This document shows positions 63,147-64,000 of a stretch of 64,000 nt of DNA, in pieces. This DNA is from Octopus bimaculoides (taxonomy: Eukaryota). Under the pieces are notes generated by a model. It had not been told where the DNA came from, made no database searches, and saw only the letters and a program-made list of their open reading frames with translations. Position 1 is the stretch's first letter. Each line of letters opens with the position of its first letter. The stretch spans positions 177,068,561 through 177,132,560 of the forward strand of contig NC_068981.1 in assembly GCF_001194135.2 (NCBI RefSeq). Direction: 5' to 3'. Made by a program: the position numbers and the translations under genes.

Positions 63147-64000
63147 TATATAAATGTGTGTGTCTCTGTGTACACAGTATTTAAATATGAACTACTAATA
63201 GTTTCATACACATACACACAGAGGATTTAAATATTTAAGTGTGAGCAACTATGTTTCATACTTCTGATAGTATGATAGTCAGATGAGCTAGTATAGCACA
63301 TTGTGTATTATCAATCATTCAGGCTCAAAATACAAATGGCTGCTCTCTGAGAAAATTCAAGAAAGAACAGAAGAAAAGTAAATTAAAAGGAACCAAACAA
63401 AAACGTATGGAAGGAAGGAAGAAAAGAGTTCTGTCCTTTTGATTTGTTAGAATAGGAATTAGCATAGTTTGGTGTGATTGAGTTGACAGGGAAAGGTTAA
63501 TATTTGTGAGACTCTCTGCTTAATCTAGAGAGAGAGGTATTCTCTAATTTTATCATGGAAACTTATCCAGATGCTTGCATTTAGTGAACATTTTGGATCT
63601 AGAATTCAATAGGTCAGTGGAATTCTTAGATTTAAAAAAGATATGAATTCTTTCAGCTATTACCAAGCCTGCATTTCCTTGAGCAATTAGTGTATGGAAT
63701 GCATCATACTACAATGCTCCACTTGATGGTTTGTAGGGTATTGTTGGCCTTCAAATGCCAGATATGGCTAGCTCACTTAGTGATTTCCTTATCTACATAT
63801 CAGAAAGAAAACCTGTGGTTGGCATATCTTTTTATAAAGTCACTTTCACATAGACCAATATATTCCTTTTGTGTATTATAATTTCATTCAACTTAGGTGA
63901 TCTCAACTTCATAAACCACCAAGACTAGTTGAGTGGGCAAGTGTCTGTGTCTCTACAGTTATATTTTGGAGTAGGTGCCTGATGTGATTTATGTGTAATA

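Noticed and set aside
51711-64000. Downstream DDR stalk/TM/kinase exons
   Set aside because: No kinase or TM motif found. A short, poorly conserved stalk exon could be missed by eye, so absence is not proven.
1-64000. CRISPR arrays or prokaryotic operons
   Set aside because: Spliced eukaryotic locus; no repeat-spacer arrays, and all repeats are explained by TEs, microsatellites or local duplications.

Overview
AT-rich, microsatellite-dense eukaryotic DNA with six assembly gaps. The SINE, MITE and LINE inventory points to an octopod cephalopod (Octopus; this is inference). The only host gene I can support is on the + strand: four internal coding exons (5019-5160, 27053-27142, 48477-48624, 51186-51710) of a discoidin domain receptor (DDR-family collagen receptor tyrosine kinase). 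All have canonical AG/GT sites and matching phases, and they splice into 905 nt of open frame covering most of the discoidin (DS) domain and the whole DS-like domain. The signal-peptide/first DS exons and the stalk/TM/kinase exons were not found in the window. The rest is intron filled with transposable-element debris: several tRNA-derived SINE families, RTE LINE fragments, CR1 and Dong/R4 3' ends, a TA-flanked irritans-type mariner, hAT and piggyBac-type MITEs, a transposon-like fused ORF, two different Penelope-like elements (one with a decayed minimal hammerhead ribozyme) and a 5S rRNA pseudogene. The best second-look items are a 58-nt fully paired pre-miRNA-like hairpin whose four non-Watson-Crick pairs are all G·U on the DDR sense strand, long intronic inverted repeats (candidate ADAR substrates), and DDR exon and residue differences from vertebrates. 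I did not find a convincing wholly new multi-gene system.
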